The notes: generated from the sequence alone by a model not told the origin. Counted from the first letter of the stretch, positions 46,794 through 56,245 are shown. The stretch: 60,712 nt of DNA from Candidatus Nomurabacteria bacterium (GCA_943356415.1 CALREW010000001.1:289900-350611); one strand, 5' to 3'. Numbers and translations are program-made.

Positions 46794-46982
46794 CTAATAG
46801 ATTCCTCCGCACCAGATCTGATATACCCTATTAAATTTTTCTGCGTGCACTTCTTCTCCACTCGTCATTACTCCAAGCTCTGGATCGGTACAGTTAAGAA
46901 GCTGTTCTTGTTTTGTGGGAAAAGAACCCAATCCAACAATCGAAAAAAGGAGAGCAACTGCCGTGAGTACTTTCTTTTGCAT
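46794..46982 (-). CDS. Small exported peptide, copy A (62 aa, ends RVYQIWCGGIY)
   Basis: Hydrophobic N-terminus, LGSF, L.CT.PE and C-terminal CGGIY are conserved with 59174..59371; TATACT 9 nt upstream. Confidence 0.8.
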   Translation of the reverse strand: MQKKVLTAVALLFSIVGLGSFPTKQEQLLNCTDPELGVMTSGEEVHAEKFNRVYQIWCGGIY

Positions 46983-47067
46983 GTGTATTTCTAGTATACA
47001 GAAAGTGCTCACTCCTATCTACTTACCGATTCTTTCCGCCAGGACAGAGCATCGGTATACTTCGCTC

Positions 47068-48669
47068 ATGGACAACGCATGGCCTTTCTGGCTTCGCACC
47101 GCTCTGATTCTTGCCGCAGCGGCGCTCTTCTTCTATCTACTCCACGGACACACGCCTCTGCAGCAACCTGGATTGGAAGGGTATATCGGCATACACGAGC
47201 ACAATCCGATGCTCGCATTCCCTGGAACTTCACTTCCTGACATGCAACTCGCCGTGGATGAACTCTCGATTAGCGCTAAAGCGGCGGTCTTGCCTTTTCG
47301 GGACGATCCGAGCGGGATTCTCCATACGGAGACCTACCCGGTCGCTTTCCTGATGGCGATACCAAATACCGAGAGAGCTCGGCGGACGATGCTTTCAACG
47401 CGTACAGAGCAGAGCGCAGAGACATACCACAAAACACTGCTCTCTCTCATCGAAGCTTACGAGGAGGCACTTTCGCAGGCGATCACCTTGCTTTCAACCG
47501 GGACGCCCACCGTGCTTTCTTCTTTTATGGGCACGAGTGATTCAGCACATATCGCGAAAATCTTGCGCGAGGGTCAAAACACGCTCACGCAAATGAAGAT
47601 GGAGGAGATGCGCAGGCACTCGTGCGCAACAGGAGGAGGTACGGCCTGCAGTGATCGACCATACTGGGACAATGTGCCGATGTACGCGACTAAATCTACG
47701 CTGACGCCTGCAACGCCATTACCAGACGACATTGTTTTGAAACGTGATGCCCTAAGAAAGTACGCATCGCACTCTGGCGTATCAATGGAGGACGTACACA
47801 CCTTCGAACTATCCGATTCCTCCTGTTATCCTTCCTACGCTCCAATCTACTACGACGTATCCACAAATCGATCGACTCTCTCCTCCGCTACCATGGCCCA
47901 TATCACCTTGTTGAGCGATGTTTTCTTCTACGATCTCGAGAAGATCCGTGGGGCATTCAGCCGCGCACTGTATCAAGCTGGTAGCCCGTATTCCTATCAG
48001 CCATTTAATGCATATATCTGCCAGGATTCAGGAGAAGAGTTCGGCGACTTGCTCGCCATGCGTTATGCCCGCAATGAGCTGGCGGCGCATCCTATAACAG
48101 CGGCAAGCAATGACACAAAGTTATTGGACGAGCTCCTCGCCGCACAAAAAGAATTCCTGGCTGAAAATCCGACACGCGAAGTGTCCTACCGACATCTTAT
48201 GTCAGAGGCGGAACGCCTCTTGCGTATCAAAGACGCCAAGCTCGTCGAGCTTCTCGGATCACAAGAGCGTGTTACGGCCTTACGAGAGCTTGCACTTAGT
48301 GCTCGAACACGCAGCGCAGGACTCGAGCTTGTTGTAGGTTATTTTGACGATATGCAGGCAGGCTCATATATGACCGCCCGCTTTGACGCGTATCGGACTA
48401 ACGTTTTTGCGCTGCTCCGATCAGGCATATCCCCACTCTTACTTGTAGCCAACGAGACCGGACCATTCAAAAAGAGTACGTCTCTCTTATCCAACGTTTC
48501 CAAAGAAGAGCTTGCACCAACTGATTATTCCCTGCTCTCATACAATCGCGATTTACGCGAACGCTATACACTCGAAAAATTGCTTTCGTTCCATCTCATC
48601 GCTCGCGAACAAGTCATAGAACCAATCGTCAAAGATCTTACCGCCCGTCGGGCGGCACTTTCTCACTGA
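47068..48669 (+). CDS. Large membrane-anchored hypothetical protein (paralogue X1)
   Basis: Start at MDNA (47068) after TATACT; shares AFPG, ELS.S.CYPS, FYDL and YSYQPFNAY.C.D.GE with 49932..51668. Confidence 0.8.
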   Translation: MDNAWPFWLRTALILAAAALFFYLLHGHTPLQQPGLEGYIGIHEHNPMLAFPGTSLPDMQLAVDELSISAKAAVLPFRDDPSGILHTETYPVAFLMAIPNTERARRTMLSTRTEQSAETYHKTLLSLIEAYEEALSQAITLLSTGTPTVLSSFMGTSDSAHIAKILREGQNTLTQMKMEEMRRHSCATGGGTACSDRPYWDNVPMYATKSTLTPATPLPDDIVLKRDALRKYASHSGVSMEDVHTFELSDSSCYPSYAPIYYDVSTNRSTLSSATMAHITLLSDVFFYDLEKIRGAFSRALYQAGSPYSYQPFNAYICQDSGEEFGDLLAMRYARNELAAHPITAASNDTKLLDELLAAQKEFLAENPTREVSYRHLMSEAERLLRIKDAKLVELLGSQERVTALRELALSARTRSAGLELVVGYFDDMQAGSYMTARFDAYRTNVFALLRSGISPLLLVANETGPFKKSTSLLSNVSKEELAPTDYSLLSYNRDLRERYTLEKLLSFHLIAREQVIEPIVKDLTARRAALSH

Positions 48670-49874
48670 CTATTTGGAGATCGCACCGAAGCACATTTTA
48701 GAGCGTACGGTGGCGGAAGCTTGGCACACAATTCAAGGCGTAGATGTTCTTCCTGCATAAAGGAGTATGGAATCATAATTGAAAGCGCCTGATAGCACTG
48801 GTCACCAACGCCCGCTGTTGCGGCACGTCCGCAGTAGGTAAACGATTGATCATAGTCGTGTCCGGCCATGAACGCATAGGAACCGGCAGATGCGTAGCAC
48901 CAGCCTCGTTTCTCCTGCGGGTAGGTAGCGCAATAGGCATCCGCAGCGTCCATATTGAAATAGGTGTCGCGAGCAAAGAGACGAAGTTGGGTGCCTCGAC
49001 ACAAATCTCGGCGCGAAACATCAAGCACGCCACAATCAAGCGGATGCGGCGGGCCCTTGCTTAATTCTTTGTAGAACAAGGATGCGCTTCGCGCGACACA
49101 CGCGGCCTCTACTGCTCCAGAAAATGTTTTGCAAAATGCTCCAACCGTTTCCTTTGTCTGTCCATTGTTTCCAATAAGCGCATAATCTTCCGGTTCATGC
49201 GGTTCAAAAAGTTGCATAAATATTCCGTCGTAACAGGAAAGTTCTTGACCATCCCGCGTAACCCCACCAGCGTCTTTAAAGCGAACTGCTGCACATAGAC
49301 CGATCGACCGCTCAAGCGCTCCGTCGGTGATGAACATGAATAAATGACCCAGTCCGTGGGAACACATAAATAAAACGGCAGGAGAAGACGGCGCCTGCGG
49401 GTCAAAATCACAAAATCCTTGTACCTCCTCTAAGAACGCGGGAACCTTCTCAAGTGCTAAAAAGTCGGTCTTGAAGCGTTCTTGAAATGCTCCATGCAAT
49501 CCTCCGCTTAAGCACACCCCTTGCGGCGTGCGCCGGGCAACCTCTTTCCACTTAGACGGATCCTTTGCAACTTCGGTTGCCCCTAAACGATGTCCAATGT
49601 TGTGACAATATTCGCCGCTGGTATCAAGGCGCTGTATCTCTTCAGCTATCGCAAAAGTGTCTTCAAATGAGACTCCGCGGTCAAGCAACTTTGGAACTTC
49701 ATTCTCGTAACAGAGCGACCGGTTTTGCGCCTGTGCACATTGATCAACCACCGCATGCGCATACCTCTCTAAGGACACCGGAGCGGCACTGTAGACACGC
49801 AACGCCACCATGACTAGTGCCACAATCAAAAAACCTCCCAAAAATGACATCGTTCGTCGTGGATTCACCTTCAT
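48663..49874 (-). CDS. Cys/His-motif exported protein (paralogue 6)
   Basis: Start at MKVN (49874) after TATACT; YCHNIGHRLG, CLSGGLHG, CSHGLGH, CYDGIFM. Confidence 0.8.
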   Translation of the reverse strand: MKVNPRRTMSFLGGFLIVALVMVALRVYSAAPVSLERYAHAVVDQCAQAQNRSLCYENEVPKLLDRGVSFEDTFAIAEEIQRLDTSGEYCHNIGHRLGATEVAKDPSKWKEVARRTPQGVCLSGGLHGAFQERFKTDFLALEKVPAFLEEVQGFCDFDPQAPSSPAVLFMCSHGLGHLFMFITDGALERSIGLCAAVRFKDAGGVTRDGQELSCYDGIFMQLFEPHEPEDYALIGNNGQTKETVGAFCKTFSGAVEAACVARSASLFYKELSKGPPHPLDCGVLDVSRRDLCRGTQLRLFARDTYFNMDAADAYCATYPQEKRGWCYASAGSYAFMAGHDYDQSFTYCGRAATAGVGDQCYQALSIMIPYSFMQEEHLRLELCAKLPPPYALKCASVRSPNSQ

Positions 49875-49931
49875 GTCGACAGTATATCCCTCAGACACAG
49901 CAGCGGGCTCTTTAGTATACTCAGGGACGAA

Positions 49932-51668
49932 ATGAAGGCGACGTACGCCATGCTGGGGTTTCTTGCGATTGTCAGCTTTGCCGTTGCAACGTACGGAATA
50001 GTGAGCCAAGCGCGTTTTTTTCCTTCTGCAATCACATCCAATCCAAAGGATCGTCTTGCTCAGTATGTCGAAGCACATCGACTTGACCCAATATTTGCAT
50101 TCCCGGGCATTGATGTCGAAGCAATGCGACAAGTGGTAAAAGAATTCACGATAAGTGCCCGCGTCGCCATGCCGCCGTACAATAATCAGGAGGCGATACG
50201 GGAATCGCTTTTCCCTTTTCAATTTCTTGCAGCCGTAGCAGACGCAGAGGAAGCCCGCGTCAAGCTTTTTGCGGAGCCTAGTCGTGAACATGCTGATGTC
50301 TATCACCGCTCACTTATGCATCTCATGGAAAACTACAAGGAGGATAGCTCCCACGCGCGCGATATCTTAGAACACGCAAGCACGACAACTCGCATATTCT
50401 TTTTCATCGGAGAGACGAGCCCCGCGCGCATCAAAACCGTACTCGCCGAGGCGGAGGTGCACGCGAATGCCCTTATGGAAAAAGAGGAGCGGCGTTTTGA
50501 TTGTCTTTTGGGTTTAGCCGCACAATGCGAGTCAATCGATTCTCTTATCCTTCAATTTGGCGATATGAGCACCGGGACACGTTTGGATACTTTGCCGACT
50601 GAGAAACTCACTAAAGTCGCCGAGGAAAATTTCAGCACCCTTGCCGCACTCAACTCACAACTTGCGTCAAGCACCCTCGTCGAACTCTCTCATTCTGCCT
50701 GCTATCCGAGCGCGCCTACCTACTACGCAGTAACAACAAAGATATCGAGGCTCTCCGGTCTTCCCTCTGCTGATATCACGTACCTCAACGATCTGTACTT
50801 CTACGATCTCAAGCGTACAAGCAAGCAACCGTACTTTGACGAGCTACAAAAGGCAGGGGCGCAGTACTCATACCAACCATTTAACGCGTATCTTTGTCTT
50901 GATGCTGGGGAAGATATGGGACGTTTAATGACCATTATCCATACGCGCATATCTCTCGCTCACACTCCTTTGAAGGCCCGAGGCGGTTACATTCCACCGT
51001 TGATTAAAGAGGTACTAGAAGCGCAAGAACAATTCCTCGCAGGGACTACCGTGCGCTCAGATGCCTACGATAGGTTGATACGCAACGCATCCCTTGCCGT
51101 ACGAACGTATGGAATGACCGGTGTGTCTTCATATTTTTCTGATGCCACCGCAGGGGAACAACTCGTCGACTTGGTTATACTCTCGAGAACTCAAAGTGCT
51201 GATTTCGAGAAAATAGTCGCCTATTTTGACGACCTGCAAGTAGGAACATTCCTCCCCTATCATTTCAATCCCTCTCCTCTGTATGCGTTCCTCATGACGC
51301 GCGGTGGCCTCTCTCCGCTGCTTGCACTTGAAAACCGAACCGGCGCTCTACCCCAGGCGCTCTCACTTTTGGAGACCAATGTGCCACACAAGAACCCGTA
51401 TGCCTATATGCACATAAGCCTACGCTCTTATGAAAACGACCTTCACGCGACACGTGCGCGTGGCACGCTGATACAGACCCTCCTTGACGAACGTCGCGCG
51501 CACGACAAAGCATTCGGGTTGCTCATAAGCGATCTACAAATTGCACGACAATCGTATAAAAAAATGCTTGAAACATGCGGCGGGTCCGTGGCACTACATA
51601 CTGAAGAATCACCTATCCGACGAATCTGGAATATGACATGCACTCCAGCTCCCACACCTGGCTCTTAG
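49932..51668 (+). CDS. Large membrane-anchored hypothetical protein (paralogue X2)
   Basis: Co-linear homology with 47068..48669; N-terminal TM. Confidence 0.8.
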   Translation: MKATYAMLGFLAIVSFAVATYGIVSQARFFPSAITSNPKDRLAQYVEAHRLDPIFAFPGIDVEAMRQVVKEFTISARVAMPPYNNQEAIRESLFPFQFLAAVADAEEARVKLFAEPSREHADVYHRSLMHLMENYKEDSSHARDILEHASTTTRIFFFIGETSPARIKTVLAEAEVHANALMEKEERRFDCLLGLAAQCESIDSLILQFGDMSTGTRLDTLPTEKLTKVAEENFSTLAALNSQLASSTLVELSHSACYPSAPTYYAVTTKISRLSGLPSADITYLNDLYFYDLKRTSKQPYFDELQKAGAQYSYQPFNAYLCLDAGEDMGRLMTIIHTRISLAHTPLKARGGYIPPLIKEVLEAQEQFLAGTTVRSDAYDRLIRNASLAVRTYGMTGVSSYFSDATAGEQLVDLVILSRTQSADFEKIVAYFDDLQVGTFLPYHFNPSPLYAFLMTRGGLSPLLALENRTGALPQALSLLETNVPHKNPYAYMHISLRSYENDLHATRARGTLIQTLLDERRAHDKAFGLLISDLQIARQSYKKMLETCGGSVALHTEESPIRRIWNMTCTPAPTPGS

Positions 51669-52876
51669 TTCAGAATCTCTTTTGTGCCCGCACAATACTG
51701 GTATTCTTCCGAATCTGACTTTGTAAACATAAGACACTTCTCTGCGCGTTTGCCTGGGTACCACCGCGCTAAATCTTCTCCAGAAAGAGCGAGACATACT
51801 GCTTTATCTTTCTCCGGAGCGGCATTGCAAAGGTCGGCATATCCCTGCACGTCTCCTCCCGTTGCAAATCCTTTGAATATGGTCGCTTGCTCAAAGCACG
51901 ACTCGCGGTCTTCAGCTCTCTCAATGCCGGAGCACACCGATGCAACGTACGTCATATCATCTGAGAGCAGCACCGCCTGCGCTCCAAATGTTCCATAACA
52001 ATCTGTCCTGAACGCAGGCGGTATACGGTTGCAAAAGAGACTCGTCTTCGCATAGTCAGCTCGCGATTGCTGCAGCACGAATGTGGAGCGCGACGCGTAG
52101 CATTGATGCTGGTACTTTGCCGCAAGTTCCGTACACGGATATTCAGGGTTGTCTTTGTCGACCGTTGAGTTTCCCTTACCTCCGTTAAATGAAAACGTGT
52201 CCTCCATAAAAACCCCCGTATAGCAAATACCCTGGTCGTGCGTATCGGCAATGTAATCGCAAAAAGGGAGCGCCTTAGCAATGTCATTATTGGTTTGAAG
52301 CATGGCGGCGTGACCAAGCCCATGGATGCACGCATCGTACGTGACACGATTCCCCGCTTCCTCTTCCTTGCACGCATTTTGAATCACCTCCTTAGTCACC
52401 GCTCCCCCATGCGCTTGAAGATATCCTTCGAGCGTCCCGTGGAAGCACCCCTCACCGCAGGCAATGTCGGTCGAGCACGCAAGGAAACTCTGAGAGATAC
52501 TGCCTGTCTTTTTAAACTCACGCTGTCCGAGTACATGCCCAAACGCATGACACCAACCGCGTATTTGCGGTTCATCTTGTATCTCAGCGAGGCCTTTAAG
52601 TGCAGCGGGCAATTCAAAATGGGCAGTCACCCGATTTCCTAATTCCTGATAACAATCACTGCGCCATACATTGTCACGGTATTCCTCGGTGCCGTAACAC
52701 GTAAGAAATTCAGTACGCAGATATGACGCAACACTTTCAAATGGAAACGGGTTCCGTAAACCATATTTGCCAAACAGTTGGCTGTAGAGAAAAAATGGAC
52801 CAAGGATACAAAGAAAAATTCCCGCGAGAATAAGATTCCTTTTCTGTGTTCGCACAAACAAACGCAGCGTGTGCAT
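51665..52876 (-). CDS. Cys/His-motif exported protein (paralogue 7)
   Basis: TM; WCHAFGHVLG, CGEGCFHG, CIHGLGH, CYTGVFM. Confidence 0.8.
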   Translation of the reverse strand: MHTLRLFVRTQKRNLILAGIFLCILGPFFLYSQLFGKYGLRNPFPFESVASYLRTEFLTCYGTEEYRDNVWRSDCYQELGNRVTAHFELPAALKGLAEIQDEPQIRGWCHAFGHVLGQREFKKTGSISQSFLACSTDIACGEGCFHGTLEGYLQAHGGAVTKEVIQNACKEEEAGNRVTYDACIHGLGHAAMLQTNNDIAKALPFCDYIADTHDQGICYTGVFMEDTFSFNGGKGNSTVDKDNPEYPCTELAAKYQHQCYASRSTFVLQQSRADYAKTSLFCNRIPPAFRTDCYGTFGAQAVLLSDDMTYVASVCSGIERAEDRESCFEQATIFKGFATGGDVQGYADLCNAAPEKDKAVCLALSGEDLARWYPGKRAEKCLMFTKSDSEEYQYCAGTKEILN

Positions 52877-52885
52877 GGCTTAGCA

Positions 52886-53641
52886 CTATCTACCGAACAA
52901 ACCATTGATAAGACTGACAAACGGCAGTCCGAAAGAACCGGTGCCCACATCTGCGACGGGCGCGTAGAGGTACGACCCCCTATCAACAAGCGCGTCCTTG
53001 CCTTTAGCAACCTCAACAACAATTGGATGTGCCAAAATGTAAGGGTCATGGCGTGTGCCAGTTACTTGCCACGAAACCGTGCCGCCTGCTACTCCACCTG
53101 CAACGCGGAAGCGATTATCTTTCACGCCATCGCGAATATAGAGATTCGGCATGGGCTGACCTATCGGTTTTAATTGATAGCGAAAATCTTTATTGAGCGC
53201 TTCAAAGTATGCCGGCAGCTGCACTACTGCTTCACCAGCGTTATCGAGCTTCGCCACACCATCGTACATATTTTTTACATCAGGACTCTCCACGAACGAG
53301 TGATACAGCAGTTTGTTTGCAGGGTCGAGTGGATGGTCGATGACGAACGTTCCGCTACCTTTAGAAATATTTCCAGTGACGTTAAAGTTGAGCGCCGCGG
53401 TCGCATTTTGTGTAAACGTAAGTTGATACGACGGCTGATAATAGCTCTGGTAATACCCCTGGTAGTAGCCTTGGTAGTACCCCTGGTAATACCCCTGGTA
53501 ATAGCCTTCGTAATACCCTTGGCCATAACAAGTGCCACCTCCTCCACCGGCAAATGCCGCCACCGGAAGCAAGAGCCCGCCTGAAAGCATCGCAGCCAAA
53601 AGGCGTAGCACGTGTCGCTTAGTGTTTTTCATAGCCTTCAT
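52886..53641 (-). CDS. Exported FVIDHPLDP-domain protein with N-terminal Gly5 and (YYQG)n tract
   Basis: Signal peptide ending AFA|GGGGG; seven YYx[G/S/P] units; FVIDHPLDPANKLLYHSFVESPDVKN.YDG; start may be 53632. Confidence 0.8.
   Translation of the reverse strand: MKAMKNTKRHVLRLLAAMLSGGLLLPVAAFAGGGGGTCYGQGYYEGYYQGYYQGYYQGYYQGYYQSYYQPSYQLTFTQNATAALNFNVTGNISKGSGTFVIDHPLDPANKLLYHSFVESPDVKNMYDGVAKLDNAGEAVVQLPAYFEALNKDFRYQLKPIGQPMPNLYIRDGVKDNRFRVAGGVAGGTVSWQVTGTRHDPYILAHPIVVEVAKGKDALVDRGSYLYAPVADVGTGSFGLPFVSLINGLFGR
53252..53353. repeat. 102-bp exact direct repeat, copy 1 (copy 2 at 53934..54035; 51-bp core also at 54549..54599)
   Basis: Base-by-base identity checked by eye; encodes GTFVIDHPLDPANKLLYHSFVESPDVKNMYDGVA. 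Confidence 0.9.
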
Positions 53642-54179
53642 AGAGGTACGCTCCTTTTTTCACGAGTGCATCTTCACCTTTATCGACTTCCACACGAGTA
53701 TCAATTTGCAGAATAGCAGGGTCGTGACGATTGCCCGTTATCTGCCACGATACACGGTTTCCTGGTGTACCGCCGGCAATAACAAAACGATTTTTCGTAA
53801 CATCTGCACCTTCCTTCAGATACAAGTTCGGATCTGCGCTATCGAGCGGAAAAAATTGATACCTGAAATCTTTGTTAAGTGCATCGAAGTATGGTGGCAG
53901 CGAAATAATTACTTCGCCTTTCGCATCAACAAGCGCCACACCATCGTACATATTTTTTACATCAGGACTCTCCACGAACGAGTGATACAGCAGTTTGTTT
54001 GCAGGGTCGAGTGGATGGTCGATGACGAACGTTCCTGTGGTTTTCGTCAACGTCCCAGATATGGAAAGGCTCCCACTAAAGCGTGTTCCTACGGTGATGG
54101 TGACCGCAGTCACGGCCACCGGCGTAATAAGAAGCGCGAAAGTGGCAAGCCCGGTGATAATCTGTTGTTTATTTACCAT
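53619..54179 (-). CDS. Exported FVIDHPLDP-domain protein (paralogue 2)
   Basis: Signal peptide; same domain (SWQITG.RHD). Confidence 0.82.
   Translation of the reverse strand: MVNKQQIITGLATFALLITPVAVTAVTITVGTRFSGSLSISGTLTKTTGTFVIDHPLDPANKLLYHSFVESPDVKNMYDGVALVDAKGEVIISLPPYFDALNKDFRYQFFPLDSADPNLYLKEGADVTKNRFVIAGGTPGNRVSWQITGNRHDPAILQIDTRVEVDKGEDALVKKGAYLYEGYEKH
53934..54035. repeat. 102-bp exact direct repeat, copy 2
   Basis: Identical to 53252..53353. Confidence 0.9.
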
Positions 54180-54744
54180 AGGCTTCAGGCGTCAGATATT
54201 CTCCCTTCTTTACCGGCGTTGAATCGTCCTTGGTCACTTCAGTCACGATAGGGTTATCCATAATGAACTTGTCATGGCGGATTCCCGTTATCTGCCAGGA
54301 GACCGAACCCCCTGCCACTCCACCGGTAATTGTAAATCGTATGGGTCCAAACAACCCGAACCAGCGACGATGCACTTCTTTTTTAAGATGGAGATTCGGC
54401 ATGGGCTGCCCGATAGGCGTCGCGAGGTAACGGAAATCTTTGTTAAGTGCTAAAAAATATGATGGGAGCGGTATCTCTGCCTCGCCGTTTTCATCAAGCT
54501 CAATAATCCCATCGTAAATATTTTTAACGTCAGGGCTTTCTACAAAAAAGTGATACAGCAGTTTGTTTGCAGGGTCGAGTGGATGGTCGATGACGAACGA
54601 TCCGGCAACCTTTGAGAGAGCCCCGACGACGTTGGTGCCCTGTATAGCGACCGTTGAGTTAAAGGTAACCGCGTCTACCACCGTTGCCGACACCCCCCAC
54701 AAGAGGAGTGCCCCGAACGCCGCCACAAACCCTCGCTTCAACAT
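54169..54744 (-). CDS. Exported FVIDHPLDP-domain protein (paralogue 3)
   Basis: Signal peptide; same domain; TG-extended TATCCT 6 nt upstream. Confidence 0.82.
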   Translation of the reverse strand: MLKRGFVAAFGALLLWGVSATVVDAVTFNSTVAIQGTNVVGALSKVAGSFVIDHPLDPANKLLYHFFVESPDVKNIYDGIIELDENGEAEIPLPSYFLALNKDFRYLATPIGQPMPNLHLKKEVHRRWFGLFGPIRFTITGGVAGGSVSWQITGIRHDKFIMDNPIVTEVTKDDSTPVKKGEYLTPEAYGK

Positions 54745-54766
54745 ACCTGCAGGATACCACAGCGTC

Positions 54767-56245
54767 TTATTTCCTTTCTAGACCGACTCGTAAATCCTTT
54801 GCTTCAGCATACGCGGGCCTCAATTGAAGCGCCTCGTCAAGCATCTTCTTCGCTTCGGGACGCTTCCGAGCCAAGATGTACAGCTGGGCTGCAAAAAAAC
54901 GAGCTGACGGATCACTTGGAGATCGTGCAATCGCTTGATTGAACGCTTCGACACCCGACTGGAGAAGTTCCTTGTCTGGCTTCATGGCGTATCTCTCTGC
55001 AATGGTAATACCTAGCATTTTCCAGTTCTGCGCGTTGTATGGGTCGCGAGCGGCAATATCTTTTGCAACAAGAAAGGCGTCATGGAAGAGCGGTGAGACC
55101 GCATCGACCGTAGCGTTATGTTGGGACAGCTCGCGCGCTTCAGCGCGGAGAATCTGAGCGTACAATCGCCCCGCTCGGGAGTTGGCATCCATTCCGTACG
55201 AGAGCTGCATTCTGACCCGAGCGTTTGGAAGATCGCCAGTTGCCGCCGTTGAAAATGCACTGACGTACAGAATCGTCGCAAAAAGAAAGTACACAGTGCC
55301 CGCTGCACCTATGTAGAAGAAGATAGTTGCGCCTCGCGCTACGTATGGATGTGGTACGAGGGTGTGAGAAGAAATTCGTTTGCATGTGCCGAGTACGACA
55401 AAAGAAAGGAGAACGACGGCTACTGAAGGTTCTGCAAATGCGAGGGATGCTACCGACACCAGAAGGAGTACGGGCCCCAGCAAAGCCGAGAGGCGATGCA
55501 TGTGTGTAGACGTGCGCCAACGAGTAATACCATCCACGGTCGTCTCAGCAAACACGGCGAAGAATGCAACGACCAGTAGAAAGGTGCCAAGCAACCCTAT
55601 TTCAATAACGAGCGTCGGTAGTATGCCGGAGCCGGTGGTAAAATCTTCACTCCAGAAAGGCGTGAGATTCACGCTCTGCGGCCGATACTGCTGCCACGCG
55701 CGCACAAACGCGCCCGGACTCTCACCGACCAACAACGCGCGTGTGCCGTGTTCAAAAAAGAAACTCGACGCAATAGACGTCGTCATCGACAACGAAGGAC
55801 GGACGTGTGGAATCGTTCGTAAATATGGAACGGAAACGATACCGATAAGGAGCGTGCCCGCTACAACAAGAAGTGCGCGTCGTGGGATATCCGGGAGCGC
55901 ACTACACACCCAGGAGAGCGCCGCGCATAGTAGGAGCATGAACGCTGAAGTCATATCAAAAGCGAGACTTGAAAATACTTCCGCAATACTGCCGGAACAT
56001 GCCGCGGAGACAACAACAATCACACAAAACAGAAAGAGGCTCGCCTGTGCAAACGACGTCTTTCTCACGTCAGGCACGTATCCACGACGTATTGACCAGA
56101 TAAAAAGAGAAATACCGCACAAAAAAAGAGCTGCCGCGGCAACGCTCTCAGCTGCCGGACCCTCCACAAAAAGAGAAACGGCCACGTAGACGGCGGCCGG
56201 AACAAGACATATACCAAGTGCAGCGTATGGAACAACCTTGCTCAT
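54767..56245 (-). CDS. Multi-TM protein with C-terminal TPR-like repeats (O-antigen-ligase-like, tentative)
   Basis: About 10 TM helices; G.SPG.F...W..Y.P..VN.T.FW and E.G.LG motifs; TPR-like tail; start at MSKV (56245). Confidence 0.7.
   Translation of the reverse strand: MSKVVPYAALGICLVPAAVYVAVSLFVEGPAAESVAAAALFLCGISLFIWSIRRGYVPDVRKTSFAQASLFLFCVIVVVSAACSGSIAEVFSSLAFDMTSAFMLLLCAALSWVCSALPDIPRRALLVVAGTLLIGIVSVPYLRTIPHVRPSLSMTTSIASSFFFEHGTRALLVGESPGAFVRAWQQYRPQSVNLTPFWSEDFTTGSGILPTLVIEIGLLGTFLLVVAFFAVFAETTVDGITRWRTSTHMHRLSALLGPVLLLVSVASLAFAEPSVAVVLLSFVVLGTCKRISSHTLVPHPYVARGATIFFYIGAAGTVYFLFATILYVSAFSTAATGDLPNARVRMQLSYGMDANSRAGRLYAQILRAEARELSQHNATVDAVSPLFHDAFLVAKDIAARDPYNAQNWKMLGITIAERYAMKPDKELLQSGVEAFNQAIARSPSDPSARFFAAQLYILARKRPEAKKMLDEALQLRPAYAEAKDLRVGLERK

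Noticed and set aside
49875-50306. 144-aa N-terminal extension of ORF 48663..50306
   Set aside because: It overlaps the opposite-strand X2 gene; ATG 49874 has TATACT 6 nt upstream and yields a TM-first protein like its paralogues
53252-54035. 102-bp repeat as a diversity-generating retroelement TR/VR pair
   Set aside because: Copies are identical (no adenine-specific mismatches), both lie in conserved coding cores, and no reverse transcriptase is in the window
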